Shown here: positions 9,926 through 18,636 of the stretch, piece after piece
Numbering within the stretch: the first letter of the stretch is position 1
How the letters are laid out: each line of letters starts with the position of its first letter
DNA from: an uncultured Actinomycetes bacterium
Lineage (GTDB): Bacteria; Actinomycetota; Actinomycetes; S36-B12; UBA10799
Assembly: GCA_963842975.1 (NCBI GenBank)
Contig: CAWJIH010000011.1
Location: forward strand, 22,046 to 86,045
Length of the DNA stretch: 64,000 bases
Reading direction: 5' to 3'
Program-made: the position numbers and the translations under genes
The notes under the pieces: generated by a model
What the model was told of the DNA's origin: nothing
Seen by the model: only the letters and a program-made list of their open reading frames with translations
Databases searched by the model: none

Positions 9926-9951
9926 GCGTCGGTTGGCTCGGCAACCGACGC
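9926..9951 (+). terminator. stem-loop downstream of the K+ channel gene
   Basis: GCGTCGGTTG gctcgg CAACCGACGC, a 10-bp perfect stem 13 nt after the stop. No U-tract. Confidence 0.35.
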
Positions 9952-10042
9952 GGTTCATCACCATCGATCGTCTTCGCGGGTCTGCGTCCACCGGCGAAAG
10001 ATGACTCGGCGCTCGTACCGCTGCAACTGGCAGGATGGTGCC

Positions 10043-10630
10043 ATGGATCAACCCAACGAACCGGCCGGAGACGCAGGCAGCGGTGGACCCTTGAACGTCG
10101 TCATCGGCCCCGATGGGACTCCGGTGCTACCCATGCCTCTGCCTGACCACGAGGCTGGCGGCACGTCCGAGGCGGAGGGCGACGGCCTCGGTGACGGTGA
10201 GGGTCAGTCCGACAATGAACTTGCCCGACTCGTGGAGCAGCCTGCGAAGGTGATGCGCATCGGTTCAATGATCAAGCAACTCCTCGAAGAGGTCCGCAGC
10301 GCACCGCTGGACGAAGCCTCGCGCCGTCGGCTGCGGGAAATCCACTCCCGGTCGATCACCGAACTGGAGCAGGGACTGGCTGCGGAACTCGTGGAGGAAC
10401 TCGACCGACTGGCGCTCCCGTTCGACGCCGACAGCGCACCAACGGAGGCGGAGCTGCGCATCGCTCAGGCGCAACTCGTCGGCTGGCTGGAGGGTCTGTT
10501 CCATGGCATTCAGACCGCACTATTTGCCCAACAGATGGCTGCTCGAGCCCAACTTGAACAGATGCGGCGCCAGGCGATCACCGGCCCGGCTGGGGCCGAG
10601 GGCACGCCTGGGCACGGCCAATATCTGTGA
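10043..10630 (+). CDS. bpa: bacterial proteasome activator Bpa/PafE
   Basis: Long near-identity to recalled M. tuberculosis Rv3780: LVEQPAKVMRIGSMIKQLLEEVRSAPLDEASRRRLREIH...RIAQAQLVGWLEGLFHGIQTALFAQQMAARAQL. C-terminal GQYL proteasome-docking motif. Start moved to ATG 10043. Confidence 0.9.
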   Translation: MDQPNEPAGDAGSGGPLNVVIGPDGTPVLPMPLPDHEAGGTSEAEGDGLGDGEGQSDNELARLVEQPAKVMRIGSMIKQLLEEVRSAPLDEASRRRLREIHSRSITELEQGLAAELVEELDRLALPFDADSAPTEAELRIAQAQLVGWLEGLFHGIQTALFAQQMAARAQLEQMRRQAITGPAGAEGTPGHGQYL

Positions 10631-10682
10631 CCGATGCTCGCCGTTCTCCTCAACTTCGCGTGCCAGGCAATAGCCTAATCCC

Positions 10683-11996
10683 GTGATCGACCTCAAGGCC
10701 CTGCGTGCCGACCCCGACAGTTACCGACACAGTCAACGTGCGCGCGGTGAAGATCCGGGCATCGTTGACGCCCTGCTGGCCGCGGACACCGCGCATCGGG
10801 AGAACCTTGCGACCTTCGAGCGGCTACGGGCGCGACAGAAGTCGTTGGGCAAGCAGGTGGGCCAGCTGCAGCGTGCGGCGCGGGCCGACAGCGCCGGTGA
10901 TTCCGAACGCTCGGAACTGGCCGCTGTGATGGCCGAATCCGCGGAGCTTTCGGGCGAGGTCAAAGCCGCCGACCAGCGTGCGCGGGAGGCAGGCGTTGAG
11001 GTGGCTTCCTTGGCCGCGAGCTTGAGCAACCTCGTCTCCGGCACCTCGCCGGTGGGCGGCGAGGATGACTTCCGCGTGGTCACCGAGGTTGGCCAGCCGC
11101 GCGATTTCGCAGCGGAGGGTTTTGAGCCGCGCGATCATGTCGAACTGGGTTCGCTGCTCGGCGCGATCGATGTGGAGCGAGCCGCCAAAGTGTCTGGCAG
11201 CCGATTCTTCTACCTCACCGGGCCGGGAGCACTACTTGAACTCGCGCTGCTGAATCTGGCGATCTCGATGGCGACCGCCAACGGATTCACCCCCGTGATC
11301 CCACCTGCGCTGGTGAAACCGGCAGCAATGGAGGGAACCGGATTCCTCGGCCAGGCTGCGGAGAACGTCTACCGGCTGGAAGCCGACGACATGTATCTCG
11401 TTGGAACCGCGGAGGTTCCGCTGGCGGCCCTCCATTCCGAGGAAATCATCGATCCGGCTGCGCTGCCGCTGCGATACGTCGGCTTCTCACCCTGCTTTCG
11501 GCGAGAGGCCGGTTCACACGGCCGCGATACTCGGGGAATCATCCGGGTTCACCAATTCGACAAAGTCGAGATGTTCTCCTACGTCAACAGCTCCGATTCG
11601 TCGGCCGAACACGACTCGCTGCTGGGTTGGGAGCGGGAATTCGTCGATGCCCTGGAAATCCCCTACCGGGTGATTGACGTGGCCACCGGCGACTTGGGCG
11701 CCTCAGCTGCCCGCAAGTTCGATATCGAAGCCTGGATCCCCACCCAGGGCAGGTACCGCGAAATCACCTCAACCTCGGACTGCACCGAGTTCCAGGCCCG
11801 CCGGCTAGGGATCAGAACCCGCGACGACCACGGCCGGCCGGTGCCGGTGGCCACCCTCAACGGCACCCTGTGCGCTATGCCTCGGGTGATTGTGGCGATC
11901 CTGGAGAATCATCAACAGCCGGATGGCTCCGTGCGTATTCCCGCGGCGCTCCAGCCATACCTGGGAGTGGAACACTTCACCCCTCGCGTTGGTTAG
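10683..11996 (+). CDS. serS: serine--tRNA ligase
   Basis: 437 aa. N-terminal coiled-coil arm followed by a class II catalytic core ([21 protein letters not shown]; [21 protein letters not shown]). Confidence 0.95.
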   Translation: MIDLKALRADPDSYRHSQRARGEDPGIVDALLAADTAHRENLATFERLRARQKSLGKQVGQLQRAARADSAGDSERSELAAVMAESAELSGEVKAADQRAREAGVEVASLAASLSNLVSGTSPVGGEDDFRVVTEVGQPRDFAAEGFEPRDHVELGSLLGAIDVERAAKVSGSRFFYLTGPGALLELALLNLAISMATANGFTPVIPPALVKPAAMEGTGFLGQAAENVYRLEADDMYLVGTAEVPLAALHSEEIIDPAALPLRYVGFSPCFRREAGSHGRDTRGIIRVHQFDKVEMFSYVNSSDSSAEHDSLLGWEREFVDALEIPYRVIDVATGDLGASAARKFDIEAWIPTQGRYREITSTSDCTEFQARRLGIRTRDDHGRPVPVATLNGTLCAMPRVIVAILENHQQPDGSVRIPAALQPYLGVEHFTPRVG

Positions 11997-12002
11997 GCCG
12001 TC

Positions 12003-12812
12003 ATGCCTTCCGAAAGTCCACGTGCCCTGCTCGCCACCGACCTCGACGGCACGCTGCTGCGGGACGACGGCTACATATCCGAACGCACGCGTGAGGCATT
12101 GGCGGCGGCCCGTGATTCCGGCGTTGAAGTGGTCTTCGTGACCGGCAGACCACTGACCATGTTGGCGGAAATCCTGGACGACACCGGACATGCCGGGACT
12201 GTGATAGGCGCAAACGGCGCGGTGCTGCTAGACGCCGCCACGCGGGTGCCCCAACGGGTCTCGGCTTTCGCTCGCGACGAGGTGGCGTCGGTCTGGGCAA
12301 GCCTGGCGGACACGTTTCCGCAAGGTGAGTACTTGTCGATGATGTGGCACCCAGATGGCACTGCAGACCGGTTCGACGGCCGCGGTCGGGACTATCTGGA
12401 CCAGATCGCGGAACGACTTGAGTCCGGATGGCAGTTCTACAAGCTCCTCGTCGTGGCTTCCGCGGATCACACGATCGAATCTGCGGTGGCAGAGACCGGA
12501 GCGGTCATCGGGGACATCACCGAAGTGACCCACTCTTCACATGGATTTCCGTTGGTGGAGATCAGCCCAAAGGGCGTCACCAAAGGGGCTGCGCTGACGG
12601 AATTTGTCGACGCGCGGGGTCTTTCTTTGGACGCCGTCCACGCCATCGGAGACATGCCGAATGACCACTCCATGTTGGCCGTGGCAGGCACGGCCTACGC
12701 TCCGGCCAATGCCCATCCGCAGGTCCGCGCTGCAGTCGATGTGGTGCTCGGCAGCAACGAATCCGACGGCGTGGCTCAACTCCTTGAGGAGCTGCTGGCC
12801 CGCCACGGCTGA
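12003..12812 (+). CDS. Cof-type HAD-IIB family hydrolase (sugar phosphatase-like)
   Basis: Motif I LATDLDGTLL and motif IV AIGDMPNDHSML. Confidence 0.85.
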   Translation: MPSESPRALLATDLDGTLLRDDGYISERTREALAAARDSGVEVVFVTGRPLTMLAEILDDTGHAGTVIGANGAVLLDAATRVPQRVSAFARDEVASVWASLADTFPQGEYLSMMWHPDGTADRFDGRGRDYLDQIAERLESGWQFYKLLVVASADHTIESAVAETGAVIGDITEVTHSSHGFPLVEISPKGVTKGAALTEFVDARGLSLDAVHAIGDMPNDHSMLAVAGTAYAPANAHPQVRAAVDVVLGSNESDGVAQLLEELLARHG

Positions 12813-12988
12813 GACCCTCGTGAGGCTGACGCTATCGAAGCCAGCGGCGGAACCACATTTACGGAAATCTGATTCTTGTTGTGACTTGGATCACTTTCAG
12901 GCTGGTTTTGGCTTCATTTATCGCTGCTACGTTCCACCTGTCGCTCACCACGCCGACCCGGTTGCCAGGCCGAAACGTCGCAAGCGAC

Positions 12989-13081
12989 CTGCCGAATCGC
13001 ACCAGTGACCCGCCCCCGATGGGTGGAGCCACCTGAGGCGTACCGCCCGACGGACGAAAAGCCGTCGGGGCAGGGAGGCAG
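12989..13081 (+). promoter_or_regulatory. candidate cis-regulatory leader RNA (possible ydaO/cyclic-di-AMP-class riboswitch) in front of the NlpC/P60 gene
   Basis: 290-nt untranslated gap. CUGCC-GAAUC at 12989-12998 can pair with GGCAG at 13077-13081. ACCGCCCGAC at 13042-13051. 8-bp hairpin CCCGACGG/CCGTCGGG at 13046-13069. Only partial resemblance to the recalled ydaO core. Confidence 0.3.
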
Positions 13082-13101
13082 CCTGAGGAGGAAAACTGAC
13101 A

Positions 13102-14340
13102 ATGCGCGTCCCTAACCGCCTGGCTGTGTCCGTGGCAGCGGTCGCCGCAGGTGCCAGCTTGCTCACCGCCGGCCCTGCCTTCGCTGATGACACCGCCACC
13201 ACAGGCACCACAGACGTTTCCACAAGCACCGAACTCCTAGTCCCCGGCGCACCCACAGGTCTTGTCGCCATCGCCGGTGACGGCATGGCAACCGTGACCT
13301 TCGCCCCCGCACCAGAGGGCGGCGCCGCTGCGAACTACGAGTACTCCCTCGATGGTGGCCTCACCTGGCTGCCCATGGGCGACCTCACAGCCAGCAGTGC
13401 CACCGCTCTGGTCACCGGTTTGGCCAATGGCGAGACCTACTCGATTAGCTTGCGTGGCAGCAACGCGGCTGGCGTCGGGCCGGGGTCGCAGGCCGTCAGT
13501 GTCACTCTCGACGCCGCGGCGCCCCCAGTTGAGGCACCCGCTCCGGTCGTCACCGAAGCACCGGCCCCGGTCGTCACCGAAGAACCCGCCCCGGTCGTCA
13601 CCGAAGAACCCGCCCCGGTCGTCACCGAAGAACCCGCCCCGGTCGTCACCGAAGAACCCGCCCCGGTCGTCACCGAAGCACCGGTCGTTGTGGCAGCCGA
13701 ACCAACCGTGGCCGCCGCAGCCGCCGAGGTCGTCACCACCGCTGAAACGAGTGCCGAAGCCCAGGCTGCCTACGATCTGGCAGTTCGTGAAGCCGTCGCC
13801 GCCAAGTGGCGCGCAGAGGCTGCCGCCCGCGCCGAAGCGATCCGGCAGGCAGTCGCCGCCAAGTGGCGCTACGAAGCCGCGGTGCGAGAAGCTGTCGCCG
13901 CGAAATGGCGCTACGAAGCCGCGGTCCGTGCGGCAGTAGCTGCCAAGTGGCGCCAGCAGGCCGCCGCGGCCGCTGCGGCAAACACCTCCAACGTTGCCCG
14001 CGCAGCGATGAACAATGCGCTGAGCCGTGTGGGTGCGCCCTACATCTGGGGCGGTCAGGGTCCGTGGGGCTTCGACTGCTCAGGTCTGGTGGCTTGGGCC
14101 TTCCGTACCGCGGGCTACAACATGCCCGGCGGCTCCTACAACCAGTGGAACTACGGTCGTTTCATCTCCTACAGCCAACTGCTCCCCGGTGACCTGGTGT
14201 TTTACGGCCCAGGTGGGTCCCAGCACGTGGCCATCTACATCGGCAACGGCCAAGTGGTCCAAGCCAGCAACTACAACACCGGTGTCCACATCGCCAGCGT
14301 TTGGTACATCGGCAGCCCCTCTGGCTACAAGCGCATCTGA
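13102..14340 (+). CDS. secreted NlpC/P60 cell-wall peptidase with FN3-like domain and two internal repeat arrays
   Basis: Signal peptide ending AGPAFADD. Six (A/E)PAPVVTE repeats and four AAKWR repeats. C-terminal NlpC/P60 domain with catalytic Cys in GFDCSGLVAWAF and HVAIYIGNG. Confidence 0.9.
   Translation: MRVPNRLAVSVAAVAAGASLLTAGPAFADDTATTGTTDVSTSTELLVPGAPTGLVAIAGDGMATVTFAPAPEGGAAANYEYSLDGGLTWLPMGDLTASSATALVTGLANGETYSISLRGSNAAGVGPGSQAVSVTLDAAAPPVEAPAPVVTEAPAPVVTEEPAPVVTEEPAPVVTEEPAPVVTEEPAPVVTEAPVVVAAEPTVAAAAAEVVTTAETSAEAQAAYDLAVREAVAAKWRAEAAARAEAIRQAVAAKWRYEAAVREAVAAKWRYEAAVRAAVAAKWRQQAAAAAAANTSNVARAAMNNALSRVGAPYIWGGQGPWGFDCSGLVAWAFRTAGYNMPGGSYNQWNYGRFISYSQLLPGDLVFYGPGGSQHVAIYIGNGQVVQASNYNTGVHIASVWYIGSPSGYKRI
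13534..13689 (+). repeat. in-frame 24-bp tandem repeat, 6 full units plus a partial one
   Basis: gcacccgctccggtcgtcaccgaa-type units at 13534, 13558, 13582, 13606, 13630 and 13654. The four central units are identical. Confidence 0.9.
13786..13960 (+). repeat. in-frame degenerate repeat encoding AAKWR(Y/A)EAAVR(E/A)AV
   Basis: AAKWR codons at 13798, 13855, 13897 and 13939 (periods 57, 42, 42 nt). Confidence 0.8.
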
Positions 14341-14343
14341 TCC

Positions 14344-14372
14344 GTCCCGCGGCCGCTAGCCGACAGCGGGAC
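14344..14372. terminator. stem-loop between convergent NlpC/P60 and pheA genes
   Basis: GTCCCGC ...15 nt... GCGGGAC, lying exactly between the two stop codons (14340 and 14375). Confidence 0.35.
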
Positions 14373-14374
14373 AG

Positions 14375-15313
14375 TTAGCCACCTTCGCGGAGGCCTTGAA
14401 TCCTGGCCAACCAGGATCGGGCCTCCGCGAAGTCTTTGTTGGAGGTCCCCACCCGAGACAGGGGCTGGTGGCCATCGTGCCTGGCATAGGAGCCCAGGTA
14501 CCGGACGTTTCCACACACCCGATGTAGTCCCATCAGCGCTTCGGCGACTCGTTCATCATCGACGTGGCCTTCGCAGTCCACGGAGAAGTAGTAGTTGCCC
14601 AGCGCGGTTTTGGTCGGTCGGGATTCGATCCGGGTGAGGTTGACGCCCCGGACGGCGAACTCCGTGAGAATCTCCAGCAGCGCTCCTGGCTGGTCCTCTC
14701 TCATGTAGATGTCCAGCGTTGTCTTGTCCGCCCCGGTCGGCGGAGTCGGGCGGCCAGGCGGGCCGACCAGGATGAATCGGGTCTCGGCGTCGGTGTTGTC
14801 GGCAACATCATCGGCGATCAGGCGCAGTCCATTTCCGGCAGCGGCACGATGAGAGCAGATCGCCGCATCGAACTCGCCGTTTGCTACCGCGACCGCCGCC
14901 GAGGCCGTCGACGCCGCGGGCACAAGGTCGGCACCGGGCAGGTTGTCGGCCAGCCAGGCGCGGCACTGGGCCATCGCATGAGGGTGCGTCACAACCGTCC
15001 GCACCGGTTCGGCAAAGTCAGGTGCGACGGCCACGCAGAACCGGACCGGGATGGCGATCTCGGCCAAGATCTGCAGCCCCCGTCCCACGGCCAACTCGTC
15101 CAACGTGGCAGACACTGCGCCTTCGACCGAGTTCTCAATCGGCACCAGTGACGCGGCCACCTCCTCACGTCGCACCGCATCCAAGGCGCGCGTCACAGAG
15201 GCCATGGCCACCGGATCCGCCACATCCGGCAGCAACTGCATCAAGGCCTCGTGGGAGAACGTTCCCGCGGGTCCGAGGTAGCCGATCGGTGAATCGAGCA
15301 CGTGCGGAATCAC
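14375..15313 (-). CDS. pheA: prephenate dehydratase
   Basis: N-terminal IGYLGPAGTFSHEA, the TRIESRP motif and a C-terminal ACT domain. Confidence 0.9.
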   Translation of the reverse strand: MIPHVLDSPIGYLGPAGTFSHEALMQLLPDVADPVAMASVTRALDAVRREEVAASLVPIENSVEGAVSATLDELAVGRGLQILAEIAIPVRFCVAVAPDFAEPVRTVVTHPHAMAQCRAWLADNLPGADLVPAASTASAAVAVANGEFDAAICSHRAAAGNGLRLIADDVADNTDAETRFILVGPPGRPTPPTGADKTTLDIYMREDQPGALLEILTEFAVRGVNLTRIESRPTKTALGNYYFSVDCEGHVDDERVAEALMGLHRVCGNVRYLGSYARHDGHQPLSRVGTSNKDFAEARSWLARIQGLREGG

Positions 15314-15777
15314 AGTGGTTTCTCCTTTGTGGCCGGATCTTGCTGAGGCAAATCATGCTCGGTTGGCTGCCGTTTTTCGTACTGTTGCCGACCGCTGGCG
15401 TATGCCACCGCCTGCTTTTCCTCCGGACTCAGGCCCTCACCGTATCCGGCTTCAACACCCTTCATCAGAGTGCGTGATTCGGTGCGCGAGTGAAGGCTCG
15501 TGATGACGATACCGTCGCCGTTGTCGTCCAGGATGGCAGCGGTGAAGGACTGCCTGCCGCTGACATCGGCGAAGGCGTCGTAGCGGACCACCGATACATG
15601 TCGCAGCGCCGTCGCCAGGCCAGCCCGCAGCTCCGCCGGAGCCGCGTTCACACCAGTCAAGGCCTGCCCCTCCCAGTGCCCGCCAACGCGGGTTGACGGT
15701 CGTCGCGCCGAACGCCGCAAGGCGACGACACTGCCTGCCAATGCAAGGATCGATAGACACAGAGCCAACACAGCCAC
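15310..15777 (-). CDS. DUF4446 family membrane protein
   Basis: One N-terminal TM helix, then VSVVRYDAFADVSGRQSFTAAILDDNGDGIVITSLHSR. The ORF track starts at TTG 15852 with an Arg/Ser-rich head that would overlap larB. GTG at 15777 or 15771 fits the TM start better, so the start is uncertain. Confidence 0.65.
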   Translation of the reverse strand: MAVLALCLSILALAGSVVALRRSARRPSTRVGGHWEGQALTGVNAAPAELRAGLATALRHVSVVRYDAFADVSGRQSFTAAILDDNGDGIVITSLHSRTESRTLMKGVEAGYGEGLSPEEKQAVAYASGRQQYEKRQPTEHDLPQQDPATKEKPL

Positions 15778-15812
15778 AGTTGCAAGGCTAGTGGCCGTTA
15801 TCGTGTGGCTCG

Positions 15813-16512
15813 ATGAACTCCTCCCGCGCCACAGTCGACTTGGGCTGGGCAACCCTGGACACCGACCGCGCCAATCGCACTGGGGATCCTGAGGTGATCT
15901 TCGGTGAGGGCAAGAGTTGCGAGCAGATCATCACCGCGCTGGAAGCTCTAGCGGAAGCACATCCAGGACCGAAGTGTGCTGGCCACCAGAGTCCCCGACA
16001 ACTGCATCGACGAGGCGAATCGTCGCTGGCCCGAAGCGGTGGTGGATTCCCTCGGCCACACGATCACGCTCGGTCCACTGCCGGCACCCAGTGGCATTGT
16101 GGCGGTGGTGTCGGCGGGCACCTCCGACGGACCAGTCGTTGCTGAAGTGCTCGCGACGCTGGCCGCCTTCGGTGCCGGATCGGACACCGTTCGCGACGTC
16201 GGAGTGGCCGGGGTGCATCGCATCCTCGCAGCCCGGGAGAGACTGCAGACTGCCGATGCCGTAGTGGTGGTCGCTGGCATGGATGGGGCGCTGCCCTCGG
16301 TAGTGGGCGGCCTCACCGGCAGTCCCGTCATCGCGGTACCCACCTCCGTGGGATACGGGGCGTCGTTCGGGGGCGTGGCAGCCCTGTTGACGATGCTCAA
16401 CTCATGTGCACCCGGGGTGGTGGTGGTGAACATCGACAACGGATTCGGTGCGGCCGTGCACGCCGCTCGCATCGCCCGGCGCCCAGTTCCGACACCGGGG
16501 CAACAGCGTTGA
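15813..16512 (+). pseudogene. larB: larB (nickel-pincer cofactor biosynthesis carboxylase/hydrolase), reading frame broken near 15952-15978
   Basis: N-terminal LarB region [47 protein letters not shown] is in frame 0 (ORF 15813..). The PurE-like remainder VLATRV...[11 protein letters not shown]...AVPTSVGYG is in frame +1 (ORF 15976..16512). Confidence 0.7.
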
Positions 16513-16553
16513 GCAGTCCCGACCCGAACCGTGCAACTACGTTTGAACCGAAG

Positions 16554-17772
16554 TTGGCCTGGATCGATGCTCGAGTCGGGGTCGCTGGCGACATGCTGTT
16601 GGCGTCATGTGTAGACGCGGGCGCCGACCTGGAGGTGATCCGAGGCTCGGTGGCTGCTGCTTCCAGGGGCGATCTCGACGTCAATCACGCTCCGGTGCGC
16701 CGCGGCGGGCTCAAGGCGACTGCGGTCACAATCACGCTTGGCGCCAGCCGCTGACCGCGCGACGCACCGGAATCTCAACGACATCACCGCCCTGCTGCAG
16801 ACAGCCGATCTTGAGCAACGGGTGAAGGATGGCGCCCTCGCAGTTTTCACCGAGATCGCAGCAGCGGAGGCGCAGTGCCACGGTACGGCGATCGACGAGG
16901 TTCACTTCCACGAGCTGGGCGCTTGGGACACGATCGGGGATGTCGTCGGCGTACTCGCCGCGTGGGATTCGCTGGGTTGGCCGCGCGCCACCGCCAGTGA
17001 GATCGGCGTTGGCGCCGGAATCGTGCACACCTCCCACGGTCCGCTCAGCGTCCCCGGACCAGCGGTATCGACATTGTTGGCACGAGCTGGGGCGCCAAGC
17101 TTGGCTGGTCCGCTGCCGATGGAAGCCACCACCCCCACGGGGGCCGCCTTGGTGGCGTACCTCTGCGAGGGCCGTTGGGGACCGCAACCGGCGATGCGGG
17201 TGCACGCTGTGGGTCTAGGCGCCGGAACAGCCGACCCGGCCGGGGTCGCCAATGTCACCAGGGTGATGGTGGGCGTGGGCGCAACACCAACCGCCGACAG
17301 CAATTCCGAAGTCGTCGAACTCACGTGCAATGTGGACGACTTGGATCCCCGGCTCTGGCCAAGTGTTGTGGCATCGCTGCTCGACTGCGGCGCGCTGGAC
17401 TGCTGGCACACCGCGATCACCATGAAGCACGGCCGACCCGCGCACCAACTATTCGTCCTCTGCGCCCCCGAGCAGGCTGCGGCCCTTCGGTCTGCGGTCT
17501 TCTCGCTCACGCCGACCCTCGGGGTGCGTTGGCGACTACTCCAGCGGGAAATGCTGGATCGCCATTTCGTGGAAGTCACCGTCGGCGGTCATCCGATCGC
17601 AGTCAAGGTCGGATTCCAGCACGGCTCACCTCGCACTGCCACGCCGGAATGGCGTGACGTCGAACGGGTGGCACAGTCCCTTCAGGTTCCCGCCCGCCAG
17701 ATTTTGGCCCAGGCGGCATCGGCGGCGCTGGGCGTGCTGAGTGACGCGAATCACGCCCACCGACCCGATTAA
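16554..17772 (+). pseudogene. larC: larC (nickel insertion/cyclometallase, DUF111), reading frame broken at 16738-16754
   Basis: N-terminus LAWIDARVGVAGDMLLASCVDAGADLEVI...VTITLGAS ends at TGA 16752-16754. HRNLNDITALL...VHFHELGAWDTIGDVVG continues in the +1 frame (ORF 16738..17772). Alternative start TTG 16509 overlaps the larB stop. Confidence 0.7.
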
Positions 17773-17774
17773 AC

Positions 17775-17966
17775 AGCGCTTTGCCTGGGAAGCATATGAA
17801 TGGGACCGGGAGGTCGCGGGGGTGTCGCCCGGAAGCCCGGCCGGTGTGGGAAGCACGGTTTCCCGCGCCGGCCTACCCGCTTCGATTTGCAACTCCGCAC
17901 CGGAGTTGCTTATCGTAGAACCGCCCAAGCGCTCCGTATCCCCCGTCGGCGGCGCTTGGGCTTTTC
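17775..17966 (+). ncRNA. candidate structured RNA / long structured 3' region ending in an intrinsic terminator
   Basis: No coding potential. Nested hairpins GGCCGG..GGGAA gcacgg TTTCCC..CCGGCC (about 17846-17880) and GCAACTCCG cac CGGAGTTGC (17889-17909). Terminator GCCCAAGCGC ..19 nt.. GCGCTTGGGC + TTTT (17923-17965). Confidence 0.25.
17923..17966 (+). terminator. rho-independent terminator (10-bp GC-rich stem + TTTT)
   Basis: GCCCAAGCGC (17923-17932) pairs with GCGCTTGGGC (17952-17961), followed by tttt. It sits between the convergent larC and trkA ends. Confidence 0.55.
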
Positions 17967-17973
17967 GCTGCCC

Positions 17974-18636
17974 TCAGATGCGATCGGTGAAGCGGTCCAC
18001 CGCTCGAGGCGGACCCATCACGAGGATCTCATCGCCATAGTTCAGCCGGTTCGCTTGCCCGAAAGGTTGGAAGTCGGCGGCCTGCTTCGGTCGATAGGCG
18101 ATCACGGCCACGCCGTCGAGCAGTTTGGCTGGAACATCGGCCAGCGGACGTCCGACCATTTCCTCCAGCGGCCGTGTTTTCACCACCACCCACCCGGGTG
18201 TGATCTCGAAGTAGTCGCTGACGTCCTCATCGACCAAATGGGCCACCCGTTGCCCCATCTCCTGCTCCGGCAGGACAACGTGGTGGGCACCTACCTTGCG
18301 CAAGATCCTGGCATGTTGAGCACTGAGAGCCTTGGCCCAAATTGACTCCATTTTGGCCTCGGCGAGCAGCGCAGTCGTGAGAATGCTGGCCTCTTGATCC
18401 GTTCCGATCGCCACCACCGCTCGGCTGAACATGGACACGTCGATTTGTGCCAACGCCTGCTCGTCGGTGGTGTCGGCAACCATGATGCGTTCAAAGTCCG
18501 TCGCGAGTCTCGCCACAACTCTCGGATCATTGTCGACCGCCACTACCGGGGTCCCCAGCGCCACCAGCCTCGAGGCCACCGACACCCCGAATCGTCCTAG
18601 TCCGATCACCAGCACCGGCTCACGATGTCTAGCCAA
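17974..18636 (-). CDS. trkA: Trk/Ktr potassium uptake system NAD-binding subunit (TrkA/KtrA)
   Basis: VLVIGLGRFGVSVASRL Rossmann motif, with TrkA-N and TrkA-C halves; 220 aa. Confidence 0.9.
   Translation of the reverse strand: MARHREPVLVIGLGRFGVSVASRLVALGTPVVAVDNDPRVVARLATDFERIMVADTTDEQALAQIDVSMFSRAVVAIGTDQEASILTTALLAEAKMESIWAKALSAQHARILRKVGAHHVVLPEQEMGQRVAHLVDEDVSDYFEITPGWVVVKTRPLEEMVGRPLADVPAKLLDGVAVIAYRPKQAADFQPFGQANRLNYGDEILVMGPPRAVDRFTDRI

Noticed and set aside
13534-13689. Regularly spaced 24-bp repeats that could be mistaken for a CRISPR array.
   Set aside because: The units are contiguous with no spacers, in frame, and encode a Pro-rich linker inside a clear CDS.
15778-15852. Divergent 40-nt overlap between the DUF4446 ORF (TTG 15852) and larB (ATG 15813).
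   Set aside because: It is most likely an artefact of the longest-ORF start. GTG 15777 or 15771 begins right at the TM helix and removes the overlap.
17775-17966. Attempt to identify the structured region as SRP RNA, 6S RNA, 6C RNA or tmRNA.
   Set aside because: It lacks the SRP GGAAGCAGC-type domain IV motif, the twin C-rich loops of 6C and the tmRNA ends. The size resembles 6S, but no central bubble architecture could be justified by eye. It is kept only as an unnamed candidate.
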